The notes beneath the pieces are model-generated. The model ran no database searches. It had not been told where the DNA came from and saw nothing but the letters and a program-made list of their open reading frames with translations. The position numbers and the translations under genes are program-made. Positions 38,017-47,535 of a DNA stretch of 64,000 nt are shown here, one piece after another. Source of the DNA: Thermoplasmata archaeon (GTDB lineage Archaea > Thermoplasmatota > Thermoplasmata > Lutacidiplasmatales > UBA184). Positions within the stretch are counted from its first letter, which is position 1. Each line of letters opens with the position of its first letter. Location: the NCBI GenBank assembly GCA_028864975.1, contig JAGWLG010000003.1, positions 86,150 through 150,149 on the forward strand. Direction: 5' to 3'.

Positions 38017-38829
38017 ATGGCTACGGCTCTACCGAAACGCCTGGGACGAAGGATCTTCGGTACGGATCCTGCGGTGTACAACCGGGTGCGCTTCGGCTAT
38101 CCGCCTCGTGTCCACGAGATCCTTCAACGGCGATGCGGCCTCGTCCCCGGCTCGCGCGTCTTCGAGATCGGCCCAGGGACGGGCATCGCGACCCGAGAAC
38201 TCCTCATGCTGGGAGCGAACCCGCTGACCGTGGTCGAGCCCGATCCGAGGCTCGCGCGCTACCTCGGCGGCCATCTCTGCCGCTTTCGGAGCAGGGTCCG
38301 GATCGTCAACGCCCCGTTCGAGCGGGCCCAGCTGGAGGAGGGCGGCTACGACCTTGGAGCCGCGGCCACGTCCTTCCACTGGCTGAACGAACGCGTGGCC
38401 CTCCGAAAGGTCGCGCGAGCGCTTCGGCCGGAGGGGTGGTGGGCTTCGTGGTCCAATCTGCACGGGGACCTTGAGCACCCGGGTCCGTTCCACCGTGCCA
38501 TCCAGCCCTTATACGGCCGCCCGAGCGGACAACCGCCGAAGTGGGCGCAGGGCGGTGCGTCCCTTGCGAAGCAGCAAGCAGAGCGCCTGCACGCCATTCG
38601 CGCGTCGCGTTGCTTTGACCGAGCGACCGCCGAGGTGGTCCGATGGCCGGTGACCCTCAGCACGTCGAGGGTCGTTGCGCTGTGGAGCACGTTCAGCGAC
38701 ATCAGGGTCCTGCCGGTGGCGAAGCGCAGGCAGTTCCTCCTCGGACTCGCGCGGATCTCGGACGACGAGTTCGGTGGAACGGTCCGGTTCAAGATCGTGA
38801 CTCCCATCGTCACCGCTCGACGGGTCTGA
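38017..38829 (+). CDS. Class I SAM-dependent methyltransferase
   Basis: YNRVRFGYP, FEIGPGTG, VVEPD, ATSFHW and LRPEGW. Confidence 0.88.
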   Translation: MATALPKRLGRRIFGTDPAVYNRVRFGYPPRVHEILQRRCGLVPGSRVFEIGPGTGIATRELLMLGANPLTVVEPDPRLARYLGGHLCRFRSRVRIVNAPFERAQLEEGGYDLGAAATSFHWLNERVALRKVARALRPEGWWASWSNLHGDLEHPGPFHRAIQPLYGRPSGQPPKWAQGGASLAKQQAERLHAIRASRCFDRATAEVVRWPVTLSTSRVVALWSTFSDIRVLPVAKRRQFLLGLARISDDEFGGTVRFKIVTPIVTARRV

Positions 38830-39063
38830 GGGGTGCGACCCGTAGCGCTCGATCCCCCCCGGCGGCACCCCCATCTGCCCCAACGGGAAGGGGGGGAAGG
38901 GGACCTTGGGATCTGAGCGCGAACGGCACGCAGCGCATGCAACCTGTGAAGGGGGATCCAGCCGCGGTCCGCGAGATCGCGGAGCCAGGAAGCCGCTCGG
39001 TCAGGTCGCCCGAAGGCTCTATACCTCCCCCCTCTAACCCAACCCTACCTGGAGGGTGCCGAC

Positions 39064-39900
39064 ATGGACTGGGGTCTCAAGAACCGTCTCTCGCGGATGA
39101 TCAAGCCCTCCACGGGGCGGTCCGTCATGCTGGCCGTCGACCACGGCTACTTCATGGGTCCGACCCACGGTCTCGAGGTCCCTCGGAAGACGATCGCGCC
39201 CCTGCTGCCCTACTGCGACGCGCTCGCGCTCACTCGTGGCGTCCTGCGCCAGTGCGTGGATGCGTCCGCGGACGTCCCGATCCTCCTACGAGTCTCCGGT
39301 GGCTCTTCGGTTCTGAGCGAGGACCTCTCCCACGAGAACATCACCACCTCCATGGAGGAGGCGATCCGCCTCAATGTGGCCGGGGTCGCGATGAGCGTCT
39401 TCGTGGGGAGCGCCCACGAGCACCCCACCCTCGTGAACCTTGGGAAGCTCGTCGACGAGGGGGAGCGCTACGGCATCCCCGTGGTGGGGATCACGGCGGT
39501 CGGGAAGGAGCTTCAGAAACGGGACGCCCGCTACCTCTCCCTCGCGTCGCGGCTGTGCGCGGAGATGGGCGCGCATATCATCAAGACGTACTATTGCGAG
39601 GAAGGCTTCGACAAGGTCGTCGAGGGCTGTCCCGCCCCGATCGTGGTCGCCGGTGGCCCCAAGTTCAATTCGGACAAGGAGGCCCTCGAGCTGGCGTCCC
39701 GCGCGGTCGAGCTCGGGGCGGTGGGCGTTGACATGGGCCGCAACATCTGGCAGTCGGAGCATCCCGTCGCCATGATCCGAGCCATCCGTGCCATCGTCCA
39801 CGACGAGGCGACGGTCAAGGAAGCTCTCAACGTCCTCGAGGAGGGGAAGCGTCCCAACGCCCCCGTCGTCTCCTCGAAGGCCAAGGCACCGCGGACCTAG
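39064..39900 (+). CDS. lsrF: LsrF-like 3-hydroxy-5-phosphonooxypentane-2,4-dione thiolase (class I aldolase fold)
   Basis: DWGLKNRLSRM, MLAVDHGYFMGPT, AEMGAHIIKTYY, GCPAPIVVAGG and GVDMGRNIWQS closely follow the LsrF pattern. Confidence 0.88.
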   Translation: MDWGLKNRLSRMIKPSTGRSVMLAVDHGYFMGPTHGLEVPRKTIAPLLPYCDALALTRGVLRQCVDASADVPILLRVSGGSSVLSEDLSHENITTSMEEAIRLNVAGVAMSVFVGSAHEHPTLVNLGKLVDEGERYGIPVVGITAVGKELQKRDARYLSLASRLCAEMGAHIIKTYYCEEGFDKVVEGCPAPIVVAGGPKFNSDKEALELASRAVELGAVGVDMGRNIWQSEHPVAMIRAIRAIVHDEATVKEALNVLEEGKRPNAPVVSSKAKAPRT

Positions 39901-40466
39901 TCGCACCGACGTCGGAAGGGGCGTCCCCTCTTCTTGGCCTCTCCCCCGGCCGGGTGGAGCGGGACGAACTCGAAGCGCATCTCGCTCCCAGGCTCGAAAC
40001 CCACTCGCGCGTAGACCGGCCTTCCCATGTCGGAGGCGTTGAGGACGACCCGAGGGAAACCCTGGGTCCTGCACCACCGCAGGGCCTCCTTGAGGATCCT
40101 GGTCGCCACGCCTCGACCCCGGGCCTCCGGGACCGTGTACATGTTCATGATGTAGGGGAACGTCCCGCGGGTCCAACGGGGACGGGGAGGACCTTCCCGG
40201 AGCCAGACGCAGCCGCTTCCGAGGGGTGGAATGCGATCGGGGTCCTCCGCGAGGAAGGCGACAAGACGGCCCGAGCGCATGCGTTCCCGAAGCCAGGGGC
40301 GGTAGGCTCGCCCCACCGCCGCAAGGGCAGGGGGGTCGATCTGGTCCCAGTGGTCAAGGTCCGAGAACATGCGGTGGCGGTGCAGCACGAGCACGTCGAG
40401 GTCCCTGATGGTCGCGCGCCGTATGCGCAAGGGAGTCCGGCGTGAAGGGAGCTGCCGGACGCTCAC
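39897..40466 (-). CDS. GNAT family N-acetyltransferase
   Basis: MYTVPEARGRGVATRIL and ASDMGRPVYARVGF; GTG start chosen at 40466. Confidence 0.87.
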   Translation of the reverse strand: MSVRQLPSRRTPLRIRRATIRDLDVLVLHRHRMFSDLDHWDQIDPPALAAVGRAYRPWLRERMRSGRLVAFLAEDPDRIPPLGSGCVWLREGPPRPRWTRGTFPYIMNMYTVPEARGRGVATRILKEALRWCRTQGFPRVVLNASDMGRPVYARVGFEPGSEMRFEFVPLHPAGGEAKKRGRPFRRRCD

Positions 40467-40515
40467 GCGCTCACGCAAAGCCGGCGCCTGATGAGGTTGC
40501 CCGGTCCCCTCCCGT

Positions 40516-41133
40516 TCACGCAGTGGCCTTCGCGTGGGCGGTCGGCGCCGGCAGCGCCGACTCTGACGCAGGTTCGCGGACGGTCCGGAGTGCGCCGCTC
40601 CACGCGACGACCTCATCGAGCGTCCGGGTGAGCTGCCCGACCCGCGCTTCCGAGGGCTTGAACACGCGGAAGTCCTCCCAATCGTTGAAGATCGAGAGCT
40701 GGACTTGCGAACGGACGGTGGCCATCTTCACCTCGGCGAGGACCACGCGCAGGTTCTCGACGGCCCGGACCCCTCCGGCGCTCCCGTACCCCACGAACCC
40801 GGCCGCCTTGTCGTTCCATTCCGCGAAGAGGTAGTCGATGGCGTTCTTCAGAGCGGCAGAAGTCCCGTGGTTGTACTCGGGGGTGACGAAGACGAAACCA
40901 TCGAAGGAGCGGACCTTCGCGGCCCACGCCTTGGTGTGCGCACCGGCATAGCGCCCCATCGACGGAGGCAGCGGTTCGTCGAGGAGCGGTAGGTGGAACT
41001 GCGCGATGTCCACGACCTCGAACTCGGCGTTCGGTCGGTGCTTCGCATGCTCATGGACCCAACGGGCCACATCCTCGGCCTTTCTCCCTGGGCGCGTGCT
41101 CCCGACGATGATCCCGATCCTGAGCTTCGGCAT
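40516..41133 (-). CDS. NAD(P)H-dependent FMN reductase
   Basis: GSTRPGR, FVTPEYN, ALKNAIDYL and GYGSAGGVRA. Confidence 0.93.
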   Translation of the reverse strand: MPKLRIGIIVGSTRPGRKAEDVARWVHEHAKHRPNAEFEVVDIAQFHLPLLDEPLPPSMGRYAGAHTKAWAAKVRSFDGFVFVTPEYNHGTSAALKNAIDYLFAEWNDKAAGFVGYGSAGGVRAVENLRVVLAEVKMATVRSQVQLSIFNDWEDFRVFKPSEARVGQLTRTLDEVVAWSGALRTVREPASESALPAPTAHAKATA

Positions 41134-41259
41134 GGGTCGTTCCGCTCCCGTGGGCCCCGAAGACCGCGCGGGCCAGAAGATGAGTAGCTACCCAGCTCGA
41201 TAGCGACTCCTCGATGAGGGAGCGGACCCGGCAACGAGCGCGACCTCGTCAGGCGCCGG

Positions 41260-41820
41260 TCATCTTCGGCGAGTCTTCGAGCCCACGCCGCGAGGAGCCG
41301 GGAGGCGGCGGAGCATCTCTCTCCCGCTTCGGAACCCCGCACGCTCGTAGACTCCACGACCCATGTTCGAGGCGTGAAGTATGATGATACGGTAGCCGTG
41401 CCTCTTGCTCCACGCGAGCGCCTCGGCCACGATCTTGGAAGCCACGTGTTGCCCCCGTGCCTTCCGCTCGGTGTACATCGACAGGAGGTACGGGATCGGA
41501 CGACCGTCGTCCCGAGGGCGGGGTTGCCTCTCCTCACGCAGCCAGAGACCGCCGCTCCCTAGGACTGTCCCCTCGGGACCTTCGGCGATGAATCCGACGA
41601 AGCGATGGGCCCGGGTACGGTTCATCACCCAACGCCGGTACTCGCGGTCGGCGCGCGCCATCTCGCTGGACGAGGGCGCCCCCCGCTTCCAGATGTCCCC
41701 CCACATCTTTCGGCGGTGTTGGACGAGGGTCTCCAGGTCCCTGGGCGTCGCGGTCCGAACGCGGAAGGGGGCCGCTCGCGCAGGCCGACGAGGAGGGCGT
41801 GTCCGCCGGCGAGAGCTCAC
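41260..41820 (-). CDS. GNAT family N-acetyltransferase (paralog of 39897-40466)
   Basis: MYTERKARGQHVASKI and ASNMGRGVYERAGF. Confidence 0.87.
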   Translation of the reverse strand: MSSRRRTRPPRRPARAAPFRVRTATPRDLETLVQHRRKMWGDIWKRGAPSSSEMARADREYRRWVMNRTRAHRFVGFIAEGPEGTVLGSGGLWLREERQPRPRDDGRPIPYLLSMYTERKARGQHVASKIVAEALAWSKRHGYRIIILHASNMGRGVYERAGFRSGREMLRRLPAPRGVGSKTRRR

Positions 41821-42812
41821 GCGCTCGGGCCCTCGTTAGCAAGGCATTGGTCCGCGAGGTCGCTCCTGGGAGCCACATGATACCCTGGGCCCAGAACGCA
41901 GCGACGGACCGTCGCTCCCTGGCCGACCTCCGCCCCGTCCATGAGGATCGAATCCTCTACGGTCGCCCCTGGCCCGATTCTGACACGGTCGCCGAGGGTC
42001 ACGTAGCGGCCCACGGTGGCCCCTTGAGCCTCGCTGTCGCGTCCCGAGGCGACCGGCGGCACGACCCGCGCCCCGGGAAGGTGGCTCTTCGGCGCGAACC
42101 TTCCGGTCCGGGGATGGTCGAAGAGGAGCCGCTGAGCGTGGAGCAGTCGGGCTGGGGTCCCGGCATCCTCCCACCAACCCCGGAACGCGAATCCGTAGAC
42201 CCCGCGGTCCAGGAGCTTCGGAAGGACCTCACGTTCCAACGACACCTCCCGGCCTCCGGGGATGTGGTCAAGCACGGAGGTGGACCAGATCGAGGCGCCG
42301 GCGTTGATCCACCGGGAGGGCGCCGACTCCTTCGGCGGCTTCTCGACGAACTTGGTGATGCGCCGGTCGTCGTCCCAGACCGCAACGCCGTAGGGGGAGG
42401 GGTCCTCGACCTCGAAGAAGCTCATCGTGCCCATGCCCCCGTGCTCCCGGTGGAACTCGAGCATCGGGTCCATGTCGAGCCCACAGATCACATCCCCGTT
42501 CACGAGGACGAACGGGTCCGTCGCGCCGTCCGCCCCGTTCTTGAGCCCTCCGCCCGTCCCCAGGGGGGTCGCTTCACGGACCACGCGAACCGGGAGCCGG
42601 TAGGGGTGCCGCTGGAGATAGGCCTCGAAGGCATCGGCCTTGTATCCGCAGGCCAGGGAGATCCGTGAGACGGCCGAGGGGAGCATGTCCATCGCGTGGA
42701 AGAGGGTCGGTTGTCCCGCGAGCGGGATGAGCTGCTTGGGGACCGCGTAGGTCACCGGGCGAAGCCGGGTCCCGAATCCCCCCACCAGGACGACGGCGGA
42801 GACCTCGGGCAT
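41817..42812 (-). CDS. NDP-sugar synthase (mannose-1-phosphate guanylyltransferase/HddC-like)
   Basis: GGFGTRLRPVT...PKQLIP, EATPLGTGG, NGD, FVEKP, WEDAGTP and a C-terminal hexapeptide repeat region. Confidence 0.9.
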   Translation of the reverse strand: MPEVSAVVLVGGFGTRLRPVTYAVPKQLIPLAGQPTLFHAMDMLPSAVSRISLACGYKADAFEAYLQRHPYRLPVRVVREATPLGTGGGLKNGADGATDPFVLVNGDVICGLDMDPMLEFHREHGGMGTMSFFEVEDPSPYGVAVWDDDRRITKFVEKPPKESAPSRWINAGASIWSTSVLDHIPGGREVSLEREVLPKLLDRGVYGFAFRGWWEDAGTPARLLHAQRLLFDHPRTGRFAPKSHLPGARVVPPVASGRDSEAQGATVGRYVTLGDRVRIGPGATVEDSILMDGAEVGQGATVRRCVLGPGYHVAPRSDLADQCLANEGPSA

Positions 42813-42920
42813 GTCCGGACGAGAGGAAGAGGCTGATGAGCGTTTCTCGCCCGACGTGAGGGAAGCGGCCGCGACCTTTGCCCAGCAGGGCTTATGTGCC
42901 GCTCCCGACGTGCACGGTGC

Positions 42921-43235
42921 ATGAGCGACAAGGCCCGGGCCCCTCCCCGTTCCCACGAGAACGTGTCCACGCCGAGCGGCAAGGGAACCAAGGTCCCCGT
43001 CTCGTGCGGGATGGAAGGATGCGACCATTCGGCGGCGCTGCATTTCCAGGGCGAGACGCCCTACGAGGGATTCACCTTCGACACCACCGGTTGGACCGTC
43101 GTCGAGGACACCGAGGACCACCGTACGGTCTTCCTGTGCTCGGACTGCACCAAGGAGTTCGAGGAAGAGGCCTCCGGCGGGGAGGACGACGATGACCTCG
43201 ATGACGACGACGAGGACGAGACCGACGGGCCGTAG
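42921..43235 (+). CDS. Small Cys4 Zn-finger-like protein with acidic tail
   Basis: CGMEGC...CSDC; poly-Asp/Glu C-terminus; TATA-like CTTATG about 25-30 nt upstream. Confidence 0.75.
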   Translation: MSDKARAPPRSHENVSTPSGKGTKVPVSCGMEGCDHSAALHFQGETPYEGFTFDTTGWTVVEDTEDHRTVFLCSDCTKEFEEEASGGEDDDDLDDDDEDETDGP

Positions 43236-43252
43236 GCTCGCGGGCGGCGACC

Positions 43253-43732
43253 GTGCCGGCACGGACCTCCCGCACGAAGCCGCCCGGTGAGGGTGTTCGA
43301 GGAGGACCTCCTCGCCGAGGGGGGGACGCCCGGAACTCTCGGAAGAGAGGTTTCGATGTCCGGGGCGTCCAGCACGTCAATCTCACGATCCCCCGTGGCG
43401 GGGAAGAGCAGGCCCGCTCGTTCTACACGACCATCCTCTCGCTCAAGGAGATCGAGAAGCCCAAGGACCTGAGGGTCCACGGGGGGCTCTGGTACAAAGT
43501 GGGCGAGCTCGAGCTCCACCTATCGGTCGAGGACGGGGCCCTTGTCGTCCCGTCGAGGCGGCACGTCGGCTTCATCGTCGATGACCTGGAGCGGGCTCGA
43601 CGGTTCTTCGAGTCCCACGGCATCGCGACGCTCCCCCAGGCCGACCTTCCGGGCTGGCGCCGGTTCTTCGTCCACGACCCCTTCGGGAACCGCTTGGAGA
43701 TCCAGAGCCCCCGGCGAAAAGGACGTGAGTAG
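43253..43732 (+). CDS. VOC/glyoxalase family protein
   Basis: VQHVNL, ARSFY, ELHL, HVGFIVDD and DPFGNRLE; start uncertain. Confidence 0.88.
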   Translation: MPARTSRTKPPGEGVRGGPPRRGGDARNSRKRGFDVRGVQHVNLTIPRGGEEQARSFYTTILSLKEIEKPKDLRVHGGLWYKVGELELHLSVEDGALVVPSRRHVGFIVDDLERARRFFESHGIATLPQADLPGWRRFFVHDPFGNRLEIQSPRRKGRE

Positions 43733-44555
43733 GACGACGGCCTCCTCGGAGAGGGCGGCCACGCTCTCCCTCGCCCTTCGGGAGGAGCGACAGTTCCCCG
43801 AGCTCCTCGGAGGGTATTCGGTGGAGCTCTCGGAAGCTCATCTCGTCGTCAACGAGAAGGTCCCGGTGCCCCGGTTCAACTTCGTGCAGGACGCGCGTTG
43901 CGGCGCGGGAAGGGTCGCGGCGTTCGTGGAACGGACCCTTGAGCACTACTACCAGAGGGCGCTCCGCCCAACCTTCGAGCTCCCCAAGGACGTCCACCAG
44001 CCCGCGCTCGAGCACGCCCTCGAGCTCTCCGGCTACCTTCCGAAGGGAAGGGAGCACCGCCGGCATCTCCTGCTCTGGAACGGCCAGGGGCCCCCCCCGG
44101 CGGTCTCCAACCGAGATGAGGTCCGGGTCGAGACCCTTTCCGATGACGAGCTGCCGACGCTCGTCGACCTGCTCGTGGAGTCGAACGCACGGTATCGGGA
44201 GGAAGTTCGTCGATATCTCGAGGTGGGGATGGGCCACCCCAACCCCGGCGAACGCGTAGTACCCTACGTCGCTCGCACCGGGTCGGGAGCGGTCTCTTTC
44301 GGCGTCCTTCTCTCTCATGCGACAGGGTCGGGGCTGTATGCCGTGGGAACTCCCACGTCGGAACGGGCGCGAGGGTATGCTTCCCGCTTGGTGGCCGAGG
44401 TCCTTCGTCGCGAAGCTCCGCGCTCGCCCTTCCCTTTCTGCATCAGCGCGCAAGGGACCACCCCGCCTCGTCCACTATTGGAGATGGGGTTCGAGGTCGG
44501 CCAAAGCTTCGAGGTCTTCGAGATGTCGGCGGAGACCGCACGAAAGGGATTCTGA
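43725..44555 (+). CDS. GNAT family protein
   Basis: C-terminal LYAVGTPTSERARGYASRL and LLEMGF; GTG start overlaps the VOC stop. Confidence 0.75.
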   Translation: MSRTTASSERAATLSLALREERQFPELLGGYSVELSEAHLVVNEKVPVPRFNFVQDARCGAGRVAAFVERTLEHYYQRALRPTFELPKDVHQPALEHALELSGYLPKGREHRRHLLLWNGQGPPPAVSNRDEVRVETLSDDELPTLVDLLVESNARYREEVRRYLEVGMGHPNPGERVVPYVARTGSGAVSFGVLLSHATGSGLYAVGTPTSERARGYASRLVAEVLRREAPRSPFPFCISAQGTTPPRPLLEMGFEVGQSFEVFEMSAETARKGF

Positions 44556-44568
44556 CCCGCGAGCGTCT

Positions 44569-45516
44569 TCAGACGTCCGCCGACGCGTCGCGGATCCTTC
44601 GGAGTTTCTCCAGGAACTCGACCCCTTCGCCCGACCTCATCAGCGTGCCGTCCTCCCTTCGCCACGGGAGCTTGGCCCGCGTGCAGGCCTCCTCCGCGGA
44701 CGCTCCCTCGAGCATCGCACGGAGGGCCACCTTCTCGCGGCGGGTCAGGTGTTCAGAGTTCAGGACGAAGTCCTCGAAGGCCTCGTAGGCGATCGGGGTC
44801 ACCGCCTTCACCGCGGGCACCAGAGCCTGGGCGTAGCGTCGGATCTCCTCCTGGGCGTGGGCGTCCAGGCGGAGCGACAGGAAGTGGAGAAGGTTGTGGA
44901 GGTTCGCCTTCCAGTACCACTGGGTGTAGAAGTTGACCGGGAGGAGGATCCGCGCAAGCTCCCTCGTTACGCCCCTCTCGAGCGCCTGCTCGTAGATCTG
45001 GTAGGCCTGTTCCGAGGTCCGTCGCACGTTGTCACGGAAGGCACCCACCACTTCGCTCGGTAGCGCGTCGCCCCGTCCCTGTCGATTCGTTCTCGACTGA
45101 GCCCGGATGTCCTCCGCCTCTGGAACGTGGAACTCGTCCGGGACGACGCTGTACCTGGCCGATAGCTCGTTCACAGAGAACGTGCGATGGCGGATCGCCT
45201 GCCGAGCGACGAAGATGGGGAGCTTCACGAGGAATTTGAACTCCACCATCTCGAAGGGGGTCGTGTGGCGGTGGCGCATCAGGTAGCGGATGAGGCCACG
45301 GTCGTCGCGCGTGCTCTTCGTCCCTAGGCCGTAGGAGACGCGGGCCGCCTGCACGATGGCACTGTCGTTGCCCATGTAGTCGACCAGCACGACGAAGCCA
45401 TGGTCCAGAACGGGGGTGCGCTGGCCGATGAGGGCTTCCGCGGCGGGCACTACAGGACGCACCATGGGAGGCGACCGTTCGACATCAACGGGGGTCGGTT
45501 CTAGATCGGACATCAT
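44569..45516 (-). CDS. thyX: FAD-dependent thymidylate synthase
   Basis: AARVSY, HTTPFE, RHRTFSVNELSARY (ThyX motif), ELARILLP and HAQEEIR. Confidence 0.96.
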   Translation of the reverse strand: MMSDLEPTPVDVERSPPMVRPVVPAAEALIGQRTPVLDHGFVVLVDYMGNDSAIVQAARVSYGLGTKSTRDDRGLIRYLMRHRHTTPFEMVEFKFLVKLPIFVARQAIRHRTFSVNELSARYSVVPDEFHVPEAEDIRAQSRTNRQGRGDALPSEVVGAFRDNVRRTSEQAYQIYEQALERGVTRELARILLPVNFYTQWYWKANLHNLLHFLSLRLDAHAQEEIRRYAQALVPAVKAVTPIAYEAFEDFVLNSEHLTRREKVALRAMLEGASAEEACTRAKLPWRREDGTLMRSGEGVEFLEKLRRIRDASADV

Positions 45517-45531
45517 TCGCTCCCAACCTAT

Positions 45532-46542
45532 CTACTCGAGCTCGGCGCGGCAGCGCGGGCAGAAGAGCCAGCTCTCCTCCGGGATCTGGAGACCGCAGCG
45601 CGGGCAGGTCCCTGCTCCGCCCGCCGCGGGGATGGTGGCGGTCTCGCCGCCGCCCCCTGGGGCCACCTTCGGGCGGCCCGGTGCAAGCTCCGACTGCGGA
45701 GCGACCGCGCTCCGATCGCCTCCCAGCCGCCCCAGCGGCGTAGCCCTCCACCCCTTGCGGGCAGGGGGAGGCTCGTCCGGAGGGAGGACGATCTTGGACA
45801 TCGTGGCCGACGAGGGTGGGGTCGCGGCTGAGGTCGAGCTGGAGGGTGAGGGGAGCGCCAGCATCGGTGGGGATTCGGAGAACGCAGGGCGTGGCTCGGG
45901 GGTGGGAAGGGCCGCCACCGGTGCCGGAGTGGGCTCGATGACCATCGGGGAAGTGGAGGCGAACGCGTAGGCCTCGGGCGAGCTGGCATACGTCGGGGAG
46001 ACATCGTCTTGGGTGGGTCGAGGCCGCGAGAGCGCGACGGTGGCCACCAAGATGATCGCGCCGGTCCCGGCGAGCGGCACTCCGAGCTCGGCGTACGGGA
46101 GCTCCATGCTCCCGGACCATGTGACGGCCACGGAAGCGTTCTCGTTCGAGTTCTCGTAGAGGACGAGAGCGTACCAGCTCCCGGGGGAGAGCGAGCTCGC
46201 CTTCAGCGACCAGTCGCTTTGGGGCGTGGAGATCTCGTCCAGCGCCGGGGCGCTCGGTTGAGCTCCCGACCAGACGGCTTCTCCCTCGGCGAGCGGATAG
46301 AGGTAGCCCTCGACCGGCGTGGACGTGGAGGTCGTCCAGGTGACCGTGAGCGACCCGCCCCCCAACGAGAAGTTCGCGTACGGGACCTGCACCCGAAGGA
46401 TGGCGGCGTTGTTCGAGGTCTTGAACATGTTCACGGTCTGGGGGGAGGCGGACTGGAAGTCCAGAGGAAGGAGGACCAACGCGAGGCCGACGGTGAGCGT
46501 CAGGGCCCCGAGGACCAGTCCGACGGTGCTTCCCAGGCTCAT
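45532..46542 (-). CDS. Membrane protein: TM, beta domain, TM, P/S/T linker, C-terminal zinc ribbon
   Basis: Two TM helices around a beta-rich domain; ends CPRCG...FCPRC. Confidence 0.78.
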   Translation of the reverse strand: MSLGSTVGLVLGALTLTVGLALVLLPLDFQSASPQTVNMFKTSNNAAILRVQVPYANFSLGGGSLTVTWTTSTSTPVEGYLYPLAEGEAVWSGAQPSAPALDEISTPQSDWSLKASSLSPGSWYALVLYENSNENASVAVTWSGSMELPYAELGVPLAGTGAIILVATVALSRPRPTQDDVSPTYASSPEAYAFASTSPMVIEPTPAPVAALPTPEPRPAFSESPPMLALPSPSSSTSAATPPSSATMSKIVLPPDEPPPARKGWRATPLGRLGGDRSAVAPQSELAPGRPKVAPGGGGETATIPAAGGAGTCPRCGLQIPEESWLFCPRCRAELE

Positions 46543-46624
46543 CGCTCTTCGGCGGCGCTATCGAAAGGGCCTATTTGAACGGACAACGCCAAGGGTGCGG
46601 GAGTCCCCCTCGGCGCTTCCGGCG

Positions 46625-47443
46625 CTAGATGGCGAACCAAGGGAGACGGGCCGCAGGTCCTTTCGGGTTGTGGACGAGCTCGTGCAAGCTCGCCCCCTGA
46701 TCGCCCGGCGCGTAGGTCTCCTTGAGCGCCAGCTGATACATGAGGAACATCGCGTCCTCCTCGCGCTTCACGCCGAACGATCCTTCGATGTCGACCGAGA
46801 AGGTCTGTCGGAGCGCGCGGAACATCCCTTCGATGTCGATCGGGACCGCGCCCTCGCCCTCCCCCTCGTCGTCCCCCCGGTTGCGCTGGGCGAGCCCCAC
46901 CAGGGTCCCCGTGGCGAGCATCAGCACCACCCGAGGGGGGAGTCGGAGACGGTGCCAGTGGGCCGAGGGGGACTCCCCTTCGCCCTTGCGAGGCAGGACC
47001 AGGATCCTCGTCCGTGCAATGGCCACCGAGAGCGGCATGGGGGAGGCGGTTACCATCGCCTGCCCGGCGGTCGCAGCGGAGTTGTCGCTGTCCACGACGA
47101 GGATGCTCGAGCCTCCCTTCCCGGCAGGAGAGGTGATGCCCAGTCCGCTCGACCAGCGCTCCACGAGTTCGCGGGTCCGGACCTCGTTCGGGAGGGTTGA
47201 CGGGGCTTCGACGAAGACGCCCACCACGTTGCGCCCTCGGGACGAACGTACCCAGAGGTCGGCGTCGTTCCCCCCCGAGCGGACGGAGGGGGAGGTCGGC
47301 AGGAACCCCATCTTCTGCAGGGTCGAGAGAAGGAGCTGGCGGTCGCCTTCCGGCGCCGCGGGAGATCGCAAGGGAGAAGGTCCTTGCGGAGCTGAAGCTC
47401 CTTCGCGGCGCTCCGCGGCCTTCGGGGAGCGTGATCTCGGCAT
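46625..47443 (-). CDS. Hypothetical protein with possible degenerate PD-(D/E)xK-like N-terminal fold
   Basis: LQKMGF...RSGGNDADLWV...VFVE resembles a restriction-endonuclease-like core but lacks the Lys. Fold call is weak. Confidence 0.65.
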   Translation of the reverse strand: MPRSRSPKAAERREGASAPQGPSPLRSPAAPEGDRQLLLSTLQKMGFLPTSPSVRSGGNDADLWVRSSRGRNVVGVFVEAPSTLPNEVRTRELVERWSSGLGITSPAGKGGSSILVVDSDNSAATAGQAMVTASPMPLSVAIARTRILVLPRKGEGESPSAHWHRLRLPPRVVLMLATGTLVGLAQRNRGDDEGEGEGAVPIDIEGMFRALRQTFSVDIEGSFGVKREEDAMFLMYQLALKETYAPGDQGASLHELVHNPKGPAARLPWFAI

Positions 47444-47535
47444 GGACGCTCAAGAATCAGCTCCCGGCCCGATATAGCGTCTCCCTCGTTGAGGGCCGAA
47501 CGAAAGGTGAGCGATAGGCGTGGGCTTCCAGCCCG

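Noticed and set aside
39064-39900. Complete AI-2 quorum-sensing system
   Set aside because: Only lsrF is present; no luxS, lsrK, lsrG, lsrR or transporter in the window.
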